Assembly: GCA_016432445.1 (NCBI GenBank)
Contig: CP066689.1
Coordinates: forward strand, 840,001 to 872,000
Direction: 5' to 3'
DNA from: Candidatus Saccharimonadota bacterium
Lineage (GTDB): Bacteria; Patescibacteriota; Microgenomatia; UBA1406; GWC2-37-13
Length of the DNA stretch: 32,000 nucleotides
The notes beneath the pieces are model-generated. The model was not told where the DNA came from. It worked only from the letters and a program-made list of their open reading frames with translations, and did not search any database. The position numbers and the translations under genes were made by a program. Below, piece by piece: positions 24,021-32,000 of the stretch (the stretch's first letter is position 1; every line of letters begins with the position of its first letter).

Positions 24021-26886
24021 AAATATTTTAATCCTTTTTACAACCAGCATACTTTTAAGTTTGATGCTTCCCTTTATAGAGTCGGATAAATTCGAACTAA
24101 AAGTATCAGATAATAAGTTCCAATCCAATCATCAAGAATATACTATTGGGCCTGATATATCCCGTTATCACATTAATTATGTGAACACTAATGTCGTTTT
24201 AAAAACCGCGCTCAATGATTCTAAATATGGATTAATTAGTTTTCTTAATGACATAAAAGCCACGGTACTGCCCGCACAGAACCTTTCGATCTCGTTTGAA
24301 AGAATAGCGGAATTGGGAACATGGAGTAAAAAGTTATCAATAATTAATAACGCTCATAATTCTAAAGAACTTAAATCTTGGTGGATTTCTTATCAGACCA
24401 CTCCTTTAACCGTCTTTAATAATGATAAATTTCGCAGTTGGGAATCTATTCTTGCCAGATATTTAATTTCAACTGAAAAATACATAAATCATATTAAATC
24501 GCAGGACAATAAAATGCAAAGTGCACTAGCAATTATATTGAGACTCTCTCTTAATGAAAACCAATTGCAAATAAATAAAGATATTTATAATTTGCAACGA
24601 GACTATAAGGATAAAGAATATCTACAGATTATTTCTGATAGTATTTTTAAAGATTTGAACTCCCAGGTAGATCAACTCATATCGAGTTATAGTCCAATCA
24701 CACACCATTACGATCTCTCTGAATTAAGAAAAAGTAAAGAATATGGAATTTATAACGTTTATATCTCTAAGCCAGATAACATAAAATTTGATTGGGGAAA
24801 TGCGCTATTGCAGGGAAAAAATTCCAAGTTCAAGACGCTTTCTAAAGATTCCCAACCTTATAATGGCTTGTTATTCGACGGTGTTGAAATCACTCCAAAT
24901 TTAGACAAGCTGACTTTAAACTTCACCGATATCAAAAATTCTGCTCGGGACACCTGGTTAGCGGAAATCGATCAAGCTAATCAACAATACAAATACGTTT
25001 TATATCTAAAGGATATCAATCCAAAGATCGGTTATATGCTAAATCTGATTTACCAAACTATTTATCCTTTGGATTTTGTCATAGAAGAATTGCAAGGTTC
25101 ACTTGCAGATAATAATCAAGTCGTCTGGAATAAAAGTAATATGATCTGGAAAGATGTTATCCTATCTCCAAGTAACCCAAGTCATTATCTTAGAAAAGTG
25201 TCTTTTACTTTTAATGACGAATTGATCCGACAAAGAATCGTAATAGAGTCGGAAAAACCGTTACCTGAAGATTTTTTCGACCATTTCAAGTTGCAAATAT
25301 TCCCCGTCTTTGAATCCTACGTAACATTAAAACAAATCGCTAAACTGGAAAACCTGAAAGCAGAAATCAAAATCAAAGAGATAAAGAAAAATATTTACTT
25401 AGCAAATCTTAAGAATTTAACTTTAAATGAAGAGAAAAAAGTTAAGTCATCATTAGGACTTACATACTGGATAACAAAAAAAACCAATTATCAAAACGCT
25501 ACATCTTTAACAATTGTATTTTGGCCGCCTATCGCTATAAAGTCTATCTTATTTATATTAATAATAATTATAGTAATAAAGTTAGTTTATGAAATTTATC
25601 TAAAGCAAATATTAGAAAATAATAAGGAATTGTATTTGCCTTTAACAAATAAACTAAAGAATTATCTGAACGTTATAGCTAGAATTATATCTGCACTTAC
25701 CAACTCAGTATATTTCAGAATAAAAGAAATTAGGTTAATACTGTTCATAATGATTTTAACCGGTATTTTGATAGATATCGGCCTCATCAAATTTGGACTA
25801 ACTAAACGAGACTCATTACTCACGGTCTACATCGTTGGCGTTCTCTGGTTAATAACTCTAGTAGGATATCGTGGAAAAACCGCACTGTCTTTTTATATGT
25901 CCTTAGTTCTTTTCATCTTGTTTTCGATATTACTCATGATAAATCTTCCTATAATAGGTGAAAGACTCTTGACATGGTCTTATGTCTTTTTATTGTTTGG
26001 AAGCATTCATGCTTTAGGTGAAGTTTGTGTAAAAAGAAATCTCATTAACGAAAACAATAATCCTAACATATCAGTTACTCCAAAATTATTATCATTATTA
26101 TCTATAATGCAAAAATGTTTAAAGTATTCTTTACACCTGTTGATTAACTTATTGATAATAGCATTAAAATATCTTAAGTATTACTTATATTTACTGGATA
26201 AATTATTAACATTCATGTTGAAAAGCCTTGATGCGTTCATACACCTAATAACTGCTAAGTTATTACATTCTCATTTATATATTCTTTATAAACGTATGAA
26301 GGTAATTATTCACAAGTCTGTAATAAACATCCCCTGGTTTTCTAACCCCATTTTTTTCCAAAATATCCAGATCCATCTTCGCAAATCATTTCAGTATTCG
26401 ATAAAAAGCACTACTTGGCTCCTCACTGCTACAGTAATCATTTATCTTGTTGTTTTACTTATAAATGCAGGCTTTAAGTCTCTTAATCTTCGTAAAGTTA
26501 AAGAATCGCGTAATCCGGTCGTTCAAAAATTTGAACCAAGAATCGTTTACTACGCAACAAAAGTAATCATAAAAGGAAAAAATTTCGGATGGAAAAATGA
26601 AGGTGAAGAACTCATCAGTAACTTCGGCAAGGTCTATACTGACTTTTGGTCGAATGAGAAAATTATATTTACTATACCGCTTCATTGGAAAACTGGCGAA
26701 GTTTCGTTACGGTTGGAAAAGCCCAATATCTGGCAAGGAAAACCGATCATCTCCAAAAGTAAAATAATTACGCTTTGGCTGCTTCCAATCACCGCATCTT
26801 TTACGAATGCCGACACGGAGTTTTATGAACAGATGTCGTTGACAGATAAAGAAACGCAAAAAATAAACGGCTATGAATGGCACTAA
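24004..26886 (+). CDS. 960-aa membrane protein of unknown function with a C-terminal IPT/TIG-like beta-sandwich
   Basis: It has an N-terminal signal anchor followed by about 480 aa with no motif I recognise. A TM cluster spans roughly aa 505-830 and includes a Leu-rich amphipathic stretch (LHLLINLLIIALKYLKYYLYLLDKLLTFMLKSL). The C-terminus reads PVVQKFEPRIVYYATKVIIKGKNFGW...IIFTIPLHWKTGEVSLRL (from nt 26515). The start overlaps the upstream gene by 17 nt. Confidence 0.4.
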   Translation: MFPKYKNILILFTTSILLSLMLPFIESDKFELKVSDNKFQSNHQEYTIGPDISRYHINYVNTNVVLKTALNDSKYGLISFLNDIKATVLPAQNLSISFERIAELGTWSKKLSIINNAHNSKELKSWWISYQTTPLTVFNNDKFRSWESILARYLISTEKYINHIKSQDNKMQSALAIILRLSLNENQLQINKDIYNLQRDYKDKEYLQIISDSIFKDLNSQVDQLISSYSPITHHYDLSELRKSKEYGIYNVYISKPDNIKFDWGNALLQGKNSKFKTLSKDSQPYNGLLFDGVEITPNLDKLTLNFTDIKNSARDTWLAEIDQANQQYKYVLYLKDINPKIGYMLNLIYQTIYPLDFVIEELQGSLADNNQVVWNKSNMIWKDVILSPSNPSHYLRKVSFTFNDELIRQRIVIESEKPLPEDFFDHFKLQIFPVFESYVTLKQIAKLENLKAEIKIKEIKKNIYLANLKNLTLNEEKKVKSSLGLTYWITKKTNYQNATSLTIVFWPPIAIKSILFILIIIIVIKLVYEIYLKQILENNKELYLPLTNKLKNYLNVIARIISALTNSVYFRIKEIRLILFIMILTGILIDIGLIKFGLTKRDSLLTVYIVGVLWLITLVGYRGKTALSFYMSLVLFILFSILLMINLPIIGERLLTWSYVFLLFGSIHALGEVCVKRNLINENNNPNISVTPKLLSLLSIMQKCLKYSLHLLINLLIIALKYLKYYLYLLDKLLTFMLKSLDAFIHLITAKLLHSHLYILYKRMKVIIHKSVINIPWFSNPIFFQNIQIHLRKSFQYSIKSTTWLLTATVIIYLVVLLINAGFKSLNLRKVKESRNPVVQKFEPRIVYYATKVIIKGKNFGWKNEGEELISNFGKVYTDFWSNEKIIFTIPLHWKTGEVSLRLEKPNIWQGKPIISKSKIITLWLLPITASFTNADTEFYEQMSLTDKETQKINGYEWH

Positions 26887-26892
26887 ATATTG

Positions 26893-26907
26893 CTTGTTAT
26901 TAACAAG
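26893..26907. promoter_or_regulatory. Perfect 7-1-7 palindrome cttgtta-t-taacaag between the 960-aa gene and the radical SAM cassette
   Basis: It was read directly, 7 nt after the stop at 26886 and 65 nt before the ATG at 26972. It could be an operator or a weak hairpin. No T-run follows it. Confidence 0.25.
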
Positions 26908-26971
26908 TGTTCATTGTATGATACTTAATCTAACGAATCACAACTATAAATGCTTATGATTAAAATTTTTT

Positions 26972-28522
26972 ATGACAACCTCTACTAAGACAACTAAAAA
27001 AAAAATCGTATTGTTTGCGGCAAACACTAGGTACGTGGGGCCTCCGTTGGGACTACTTTCAATTACGAAACTTCTTGATTTAAAAAAATACGATGTCAAA
27101 ATTATTACACAAAATGAATATCCCGACTGCGAGAACGCTCTGGTAAAAGAGTGCAAAGGCGCAATATGTCTCGGTATCTCCGTAATGTCTGGGTTTCCTC
27201 TTAAAGCTGCAAAAAGAGTCTCGCAAAGAGTTAAAGCAAAATATCCAAAATTGCCAATTGTATGGGGAGGGTGGCTAACTACCACATTGCCTGAAGAAAG
27301 TTTGAAGCCTTCTTATGTCGATTATGTCTGCATGGGCCAGGGTGAAAGGTTATTCAGTCAGCTTATCGACGTAATCGATTCACGTAATTTTAAAGATTTA
27401 AATAAAATACCCCGACTTGGATACAAAAAAGGCTCAAAAATATTTTTGAGTAAAAGGATCGGGACCGATGACATTGATAGCCTACCTGATTTTGATATGG
27501 ATTTGATTAAATGGGAAAATTATCTTGAAATTACGGACTTCGGAAAAAGAGTTATTCGAATGACAACAAGTTATGGATGCCCCCACAGATGCTCATTCTG
27601 TTGCGAACCTTTAAACTCGACAAGAATTTGGAAAGCACTATCAGCCGAAAGAGTCATCAACTATATTAAAAAATTGAAAGAAAAAGTGGACTTTGACGGT
27701 CTTACAATTGTAGACAGTAATTTTTTTGTAAGCGAAGAGAGAACCATAAAGATATTCAAAGGCATACTAGACAGTAAACTAAATATTAAAATAGGACAGG
27801 TCAATGGCAGAACGAATATTCTGGTAAGATACGCTCCTTCAACATGGAGACTTCTTAAAAAGGCCGGTTTATATAATATACTGGTCGGAGCAGAGTCGGG
27901 TAATGAAGAAATAATGACCTTCATTAACAAAGATGCAACAGTCGAGGATACTGTAAAATTGGCAAAAATTTGTACTAAATACAGCGTGCAGATGCTGGCT
28001 TCGATGATCGTTGGATTGCCTACTGAAAGATACTTAAACGACAAGGAAAAGGCATTTCAGGAAGATCTAAACGGAGTTATAGATTTGTATCATAAAATAT
28101 CACCGGTCGGATTACAGCATCAATTAATAGTTTTCGCCTTTGGGCCTTTACCTTTTTCTCCTTTATATAACAGATCTATAGAAATGGGATTTAAACCGCC
28201 TGTCGATATCGACGGCTGGGCAAACTATGCGCTAAGAAATGTTCGCGTTCCGTGGATACCGAAAAAAGGGTTCAGTAAAGTAGAGGTATTAAATTACACT
28301 ACAATGGCAATTGCCATGGATCGCTCAAATTTATTTTCTTCTTTTCCACCCTCAATAAATATGTTAATCAAGCCTACTCTTGCTATATTTAAAAAAATTG
28401 GTGAGTGGAGATTCCGAACTAAATTCTTAAGTTTTCCTCTGGACTTATGGCTTTTTTATTCTGGTATGTATGTATTTAATGAAATTAATAAAATATTTAA
28501 AATAGTACGTTCTACGAGATAA
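26972..28522 (+). CDS. Radical SAM enzyme with an N-terminal cobalamin-binding-type domain (class B-like)
   Basis: The N-terminal Rossmann-like region reads KKIVLFAAN...LPIVWGGW...CMGQGERLF. The cluster motif is CPHRCSFC (27578-27601). 516 aa. Confidence 0.8.
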   Translation: MTTSTKTTKKKIVLFAANTRYVGPPLGLLSITKLLDLKKYDVKIITQNEYPDCENALVKECKGAICLGISVMSGFPLKAAKRVSQRVKAKYPKLPIVWGGWLTTTLPEESLKPSYVDYVCMGQGERLFSQLIDVIDSRNFKDLNKIPRLGYKKGSKIFLSKRIGTDDIDSLPDFDMDLIKWENYLEITDFGKRVIRMTTSYGCPHRCSFCCEPLNSTRIWKALSAERVINYIKKLKEKVDFDGLTIVDSNFFVSEERTIKIFKGILDSKLNIKIGQVNGRTNILVRYAPSTWRLLKKAGLYNILVGAESGNEEIMTFINKDATVEDTVKLAKICTKYSVQMLASMIVGLPTERYLNDKEKAFQEDLNGVIDLYHKISPVGLQHQLIVFAFGPLPFSPLYNRSIEMGFKPPVDIDGWANYALRNVRVPWIPKKGFSKVEVLNYTTMAIAMDRSNLFSSFPPSINMLIKPTLAIFKKIGEWRFRTKFLSFPLDLWLFYSGMYVFNEINKIFKIVRSTR

Positions 28523-28525
28523 CCT

Positions 28526-29311
28526 ATGACTCAAAACCTACAACAATACCCCGACCTACTACAATATTTAAATATTTATTATAATAACCGTTATACCAAA
28601 AGAATCGAAAAAATAGTGTTTTCAATACTAAGGAAACATGCAAAGAAACTAAAGAAAAAATTAAGTATCTTAGATTCTGGTTGCGGAGTAGGATATTTCT
28701 CCAAACGCGTTCTAGAGCAATTGCCTAAAGAGGTAAAAAAAATTGTCGGCATAGATATAGAAGAATGGGTTGATAAAACGCTTTTTAAGAATAACAAATT
28801 CGAATTCATAAAAGCGGATGCCACTTCTACTAAAAAAAAATTCCATTCATCAATATTTGATATTATTGTCTCTAATGACGTCATGGAGCATGTCGAAAAC
28901 GACTCAGAGTATATAAAAGAGTGTTCAAGATTAATAAAAGATAATGGTATTTTCATATTGATAACACCAAATATTGAACGTTTTACCCAGCTATTACTTT
29001 CTATCTTCTCAAAAAAAATCATGAAGTTTCCTAAAACAACTGGTGTGGAGTTAGTCAATGGCAAAGAAATTCATCATGTCCATTTAAGAGAATACAATAA
29101 AATTAATTTGCAAAAAATAATTAATAAATACTTTCCTTTTTCTTTATGGATTCCTTTTTTTGTAGGTATTAAGATTCCTGGACTAAATTTTGTAGGCAGT
29201 TATCATTTGAAAATTAATAGACTGCCTTTTTTAGAAAAACACACTAATCATTTCTTAGTTGTATGCTCCAAAAATTTACCAATAATCAGTAAATTAAAAA
29301 CAATTTATTAA
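28526..29311 (+). CDS. Class I SAM-dependent methyltransferase
   Basis: Motif I is ILDSGCGVGYFS. The post-motif region DIIVSNDVMEHV is typical of Methyltransf_11/23-like proteins. It starts 3 nt after the upstream stop. Confidence 0.8.
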   Translation: MTQNLQQYPDLLQYLNIYYNNRYTKRIEKIVFSILRKHAKKLKKKLSILDSGCGVGYFSKRVLEQLPKEVKKIVGIDIEEWVDKTLFKNNKFEFIKADATSTKKKFHSSIFDIIVSNDVMEHVENDSEYIKECSRLIKDNGIFILITPNIERFTQLLLSIFSKKIMKFPKTTGVELVNGKEIHHVHLREYNKINLQKIINKYFPFSLWIPFFVGIKIPGLNFVGSYHLKINRLPFLEKHTNHFLVVCSKNLPIISKLKTIY

Positions 29312-29349
29312 GCTTGAAAATATAGATTTAGTAATGTAATATTCTTGTT

Positions 29350-29565
29350 GTGAGTAAAAATTCAAATATAAAGAAAGTCGTTTTAGAGAAGGCAAAATGC
29401 ATAGGGTGTGCAACCTGTGTAGTCCTTTGTCCAGAAGTTTTTTCTTTCAATGATAGCGAAACCATAGCTGTAGTAAATGATAAAGCTGTTGAAACTACTG
29501 ATTGTGAAAAAGTCAGATCTGCAGTCCAAGCTTGTCCATCAGAGGCTTTACTAATAAAAGAATAA
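29350..29565 (+). CDS. Small single-cluster 4Fe-4S (or 3Fe-4S) ferredoxin
   Basis: 71 aa with a GTG start. It has CIGCATCVVLCP (29398-29433) plus a distal ...VQACP, the pattern of mono-cluster ferredoxins. The stop lies 1 nt before the next ATG. Confidence 0.8.
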   Translation: MSKNSNIKKVVLEKAKCIGCATCVVLCPEVFSFNDSETIAVVNDKAVETTDCEKVRSAVQACPSEALLIKE

Positions 29566-29566
29566 T

Positions 29567-31225
29567 ATGCAACAATTATTAAAAGATAGCCGAACATTAG
29601 AGCTAACTATCGATCACAAAAAAAGTATAGTAAAAATAACTGATAAGGGAAAATGTGATATCGCTTTTGTTACCCGACCTTCAGAACATGGAGAATTTAT
29701 ACCTTTTGCGGAAATATCATTATCCGCCTACGTCAGATATAAGGGTTTTAATACAACAGTAATTGATACCAATCCTGTAATAGAAACTGCTCCAACAGCC
29801 GTCGTTACTGTCAATGATAAGGATTATCAGGCTTATTTTGAATATGTGAAAAATACTCTTATTGAGTTAAATCCAAGGTACATAGGAATCGGTACTTTCA
29901 CCAGCGATTATGATTTTGTCATCAACTTTGCCAGAAGAATAAAAAGATATGTTAATGCCAAAATCATCGTCGGTGGAGTTCATTCAACTGTAATACCTGA
30001 AGATTTCATTTATGAAAGATCCCCTATAGATATTGCCGTCATTGGTGAAGGAGAATTGACATTAGAAGAAATATTAAAGCTTGACGAACTGAGTCTTAAT
30101 AACTTAAAAAAAATAAAAGGTATTTGTTATTTTGACCAGAAACAAAAAAAGACTATCACGACAGAAAGACGTGAATTAATTAAAGACTTATCAATACTTC
30201 CCATGCCTGCCTATGAGGATTTGGATATGACTTTTTATGCGAAACCCAAAAAAAGAGTCATCGGATATGCATATTATTCAGTTGTTCCAGTTTACTCTGG
30301 AAGAGGTTGTCCTTTCCGATGTAATTTTTGCGCCGCCAACAGTGTCTGGGGTAAAGGATTATCCCGTAATCATGCCGTCGATAGAATAATTGATGAAATA
30401 CAAATGCTTGTTGAAGAATACAAAGTAGATGCTATTTATATGATTGATGATACTTTTACTTTAAGCAAAGAAAGAGTTTTTGAATTTTGTGAAAAAATTA
30501 AACCTTTAAATATTGTCTGGGCGGCTCAAACTAGAGTAAACTGCATAAACGAAGAAATGATCAAAAGAATGAAAGATGCCGGCTGCACTCAGCTTACCTT
30601 TGGAGTTGAAACAGGATCTCAAAGAATGCTAAATCTCACCAAAAAAGGAACGACTGTTCAACAGGTACGTGATGTTTTCAAATGGTGCAAAAAACACAAT
30701 ATGAGAACATTTGCCAATATGATGTTTAATCTTCCTGATGAAACAGAAGAAGACGTAAAGTTAAGCTATGAGCTTTATAAAGAAATTAAGCCTGATGATT
30801 TTGGAATGGGTCTAACCGTAGCTTACCCCGGAACTGAACTTTATAATCAATATTTTAAAGGTAAGTTTGATAAAAGCGAGTATCATCTTTTAGCCAGAGC
30901 GCGATCCTTCGGAGCAGGCCGATTCAAGCTGGCTAGACATAACTTAGATCCTCAAGAGCTACTGGTGGATTTTAGAATTAATCTAAAATTACAGCATCTA
31001 TTTCCTTTATCAGCAAGAATTATTTTTTCAAAGGAATACAGGGATATGATTAAAAGATCTTATTATAAAAAGGATTATATAAAAAATATTATCAGTGATC
31101 TACCAAATGTTCTTGTAAGATCATCGGGAACGCTTTTTTATAATGTAATAAAAATCTTCCCCAAGGTCATTAGACAGCCGGTTATTGTTCTTGCTAACAA
31201 CGTCGGACTAAAATTCGCTAACTAA
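29567..31225 (+). CDS. Radical SAM enzyme with an N-terminal cobalamin-binding-type domain (class B-like), second copy
   Basis: Motifs are YIGIGTFT...KIIVGGVH...VIGEGELTLEEIL, followed by CPFRCNFC (30308-30331). 552 aa, with an extra ~90-aa N-terminal extension. Confidence 0.8.
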   Translation: MQQLLKDSRTLELTIDHKKSIVKITDKGKCDIAFVTRPSEHGEFIPFAEISLSAYVRYKGFNTTVIDTNPVIETAPTAVVTVNDKDYQAYFEYVKNTLIELNPRYIGIGTFTSDYDFVINFARRIKRYVNAKIIVGGVHSTVIPEDFIYERSPIDIAVIGEGELTLEEILKLDELSLNNLKKIKGICYFDQKQKKTITTERRELIKDLSILPMPAYEDLDMTFYAKPKKRVIGYAYYSVVPVYSGRGCPFRCNFCAANSVWGKGLSRNHAVDRIIDEIQMLVEEYKVDAIYMIDDTFTLSKERVFEFCEKIKPLNIVWAAQTRVNCINEEMIKRMKDAGCTQLTFGVETGSQRMLNLTKKGTTVQQVRDVFKWCKKHNMRTFANMMFNLPDETEEDVKLSYELYKEIKPDDFGMGLTVAYPGTELYNQYFKGKFDKSEYHLLARARSFGAGRFKLARHNLDPQELLVDFRINLKLQHLFPLSARIIFSKEYRDMIKRSYYKKDYIKNIISDLPNVLVRSSGTLFYNVIKIFPKVIRQPVIVLANNVGLKFAN

Positions 31226-31247
31226 TACTACGTGATATAATTTCTTA

Positions 31248-32000
31248 ATGAAAATAGTCAAGAAATTATATGAATATTTTCCTTTAATCTTACTTTTAAT
31301 AGGTGGTTTTTGGTTCCGTTATGTTGGAATTGTCAAAAATCTTTCATTTTGGAATGATGAAATCCATACGGCTATTTTTTCAAGAGGAATCTTATGGTAT
31401 GGTAAACCTGTTACGGAAATTGGTACCGGCACGGGTCTCTATCAGCTACCTTTGTATTATATTACAGCTTTATCTTTTAAAATTTTTGGTATTTCTGAGT
31501 TTGCAGCTCGGATACCTTCAGTCATTGCAGGAACGTTCTTAATCGCCATTGTATTTTTTATAACAAAAAAAATTATCAGTACAAAAGAAGCTTATATTGC
31601 ATCCTTTTTAATTGCTTTTTCCCAAATTCAACTTGCCTGGTCTACTCAGCTTCGTCCTTACATCTGGATTGAAATATTTACATTTATCGTAATGTTTCTT
31701 TGCTACCGTAACATAACAAATAAAGTTAAGATCATTGATAAATCTATACTTATAGCTATTCTCGTGGCATTAACTGCCTCTTTATTTCATGGAACCGGCT
31801 TGATAAATATATTCTTAGTAGCGACAACGATTTTCTTTAAAAGCATAATAAACAGGAAATATTCATACCTTATATTAATAATACCGTTTGCTGTAGTTTC
31901 CTCGTTTATCTTTTATTTTTCTTTAAACAAAATTATCCTTAGTATGCCTTGGATATGGATGATTAGATTTGATACCTTGCATTACCAAGTTTTCTTAAAA
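31248..32000 (+). CDS. ArnT/PMT-like (GT39/GT83-type) GT-C membrane glycosyltransferase, N-terminal 251 codons (the gene runs off the right edge)
   Basis: It is absent from the ORF track because it is open at the edge. My translation from the ATG at 31248 gives MKIVKKLYEYFPLILLLIGGFWFRYVGIVKNLSFWNDEIHTAIFSRGILWYGKP...FAARIPSVIAGTFLIAIVFFITKK... It has serial TM helices and an acidic DE motif in the first loop. The track ORF at 31303-31542 lies in another frame inside it. Confidence 0.65.
   Translation, partial: MKIVKKLYEYFPLILLLIGGFWFRYVGIVKNLSFWNDEIHTAIFSRGILWYGKPVTEIGTGTGLYQLPLYYITALSFKIFGISEFAARIPSVIAGTFLIAIVFFITKKIISTKEAYIASFLIAFSQIQLAWSTQLRPYIWIEIFTFIVMFLCYRNITNKVKIIDKSILIAILVALTASLFHGTGLINIFLVATTIFFKSIINRKYSYLILIIPFAVVSSFIFYFSLNKIILSMPWIWMIRFDTLHYQVFLK

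Noticed and set aside
26996-27005. A10 homopolymer at codons 9-12 of the first radical SAM gene as a phase-variation switch
   Set aside because: A8-A10 and T8-T9 runs are common throughout this AT-rich window (for example near 9291, 25476 and 28832) and mostly encode Lys or Phe runs. There is no evidence of length variation from a single sequence.
26455-29597. Antisense ORFs 26455-26685, 26944-27285, 27661-28044, 28591-29064 (157 aa) and 29328-29597
   Set aside because: Some are long for AT-rich DNA, which made me look twice. However, each is opposite a gene with unambiguous motifs (IPT-like domain, CxxxCxxC, methyltransferase motif I, ferredoxin Cys cluster), and none has a motif or a sensible start.
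26972-31225. RiPP or natural-product interpretation of the radical SAM cassette
   Set aside because: There is no candidate precursor peptide, protease, cyclodehydratase or transporter nearby, and the cassette is flanked on both sides by glycosylation membrane proteins in the same operon. I have not fully excluded it; see the refutation criteria in the corresponding finding.
31303-31542. 79-aa plus-strand track ORF
   Set aside because: It lies in a different frame inside the edge-truncated ArnT/PMT-like gene that starts at 31248. That frame stays open for 251 codons and is TM-rich.
1-32000. Alternative genetic code (UGA as sense, as in some candidate phyla), CRISPR arrays, and tRNA, rRNA or riboswitch elements
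   Set aside because: Full-length conserved proteins terminate at TGA with ATGA coupling (for example at 15094-15097, 16053-16056 and 20334-20337), so code 11 fits. I saw no regularly spaced direct repeats. No intergenic gap exceeds about 135 nt, which leaves no room for structured RNA genes.

Overview
This is an AT-rich bacterial window, roughly 30% GC by eye. It uses the standard genetic code: TGA is a stop at several ATGA start/stop overlaps. I support 27 tightly packed protein genes and found no rRNA, tRNA or CRISPR. The content is a cell-envelope glycan super-locus arranged in five transcription blocks. (1) Minus strand, 3356->1: a class I aminotransferase, an acetolactate-synthase-like TPP enzyme and an SDR. 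(2) Plus strand, 3442->8310: aspartate kinase without ACT domains, homoserine dehydrogenase and archaeal-type ASD, running directly into a DegT sugar aminotransferase and a GT2. (3) Minus strand, 13449->8271: a YfhO-like GT-C, a Gfo/Idh/MocA oxidoreductase, an ArnA-like formyltransferase and a FemAB/GNAT-like transferase. (4) Minus strand, 17054->14240: a GT2, an SDR and an FkbM methyltransferase. (5) An 11-gene plus-strand operon from 17427 to the window end: an EEP phosphoesterase, a ColD-like 3-dehydratase, a ColC/Fcl-like synthase, a GT4, a YfhO/AftD-like GT-C, a 960-aa orphan membrane protein, then B12-type radical SAM, class I methyltransferase, ferredoxin, a second B12-type radical SAM, and an ArnT/PMT-like GT-C. 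Two scars separate the blocks: a decayed, GC-richer IS1595-type transposase gene (13543-14198) and a truncated second copy of the aspartate kinase 5' end (17190-17321). The best candidate for an undescribed system is the ferredoxin-supplied twin radical-SAM/methyltransferase cassette wired into a GT-C, lipid-carrier-based glycosylation operon. The next best is the aspartate-to-homoserine module co-transcribed with sugar-tailoring genes. The organism looks like an uncultivated, reduced-genome bacterium (CPR-like), but that is inference only. All family calls rest on motifs I could read by eye, not on database searches.
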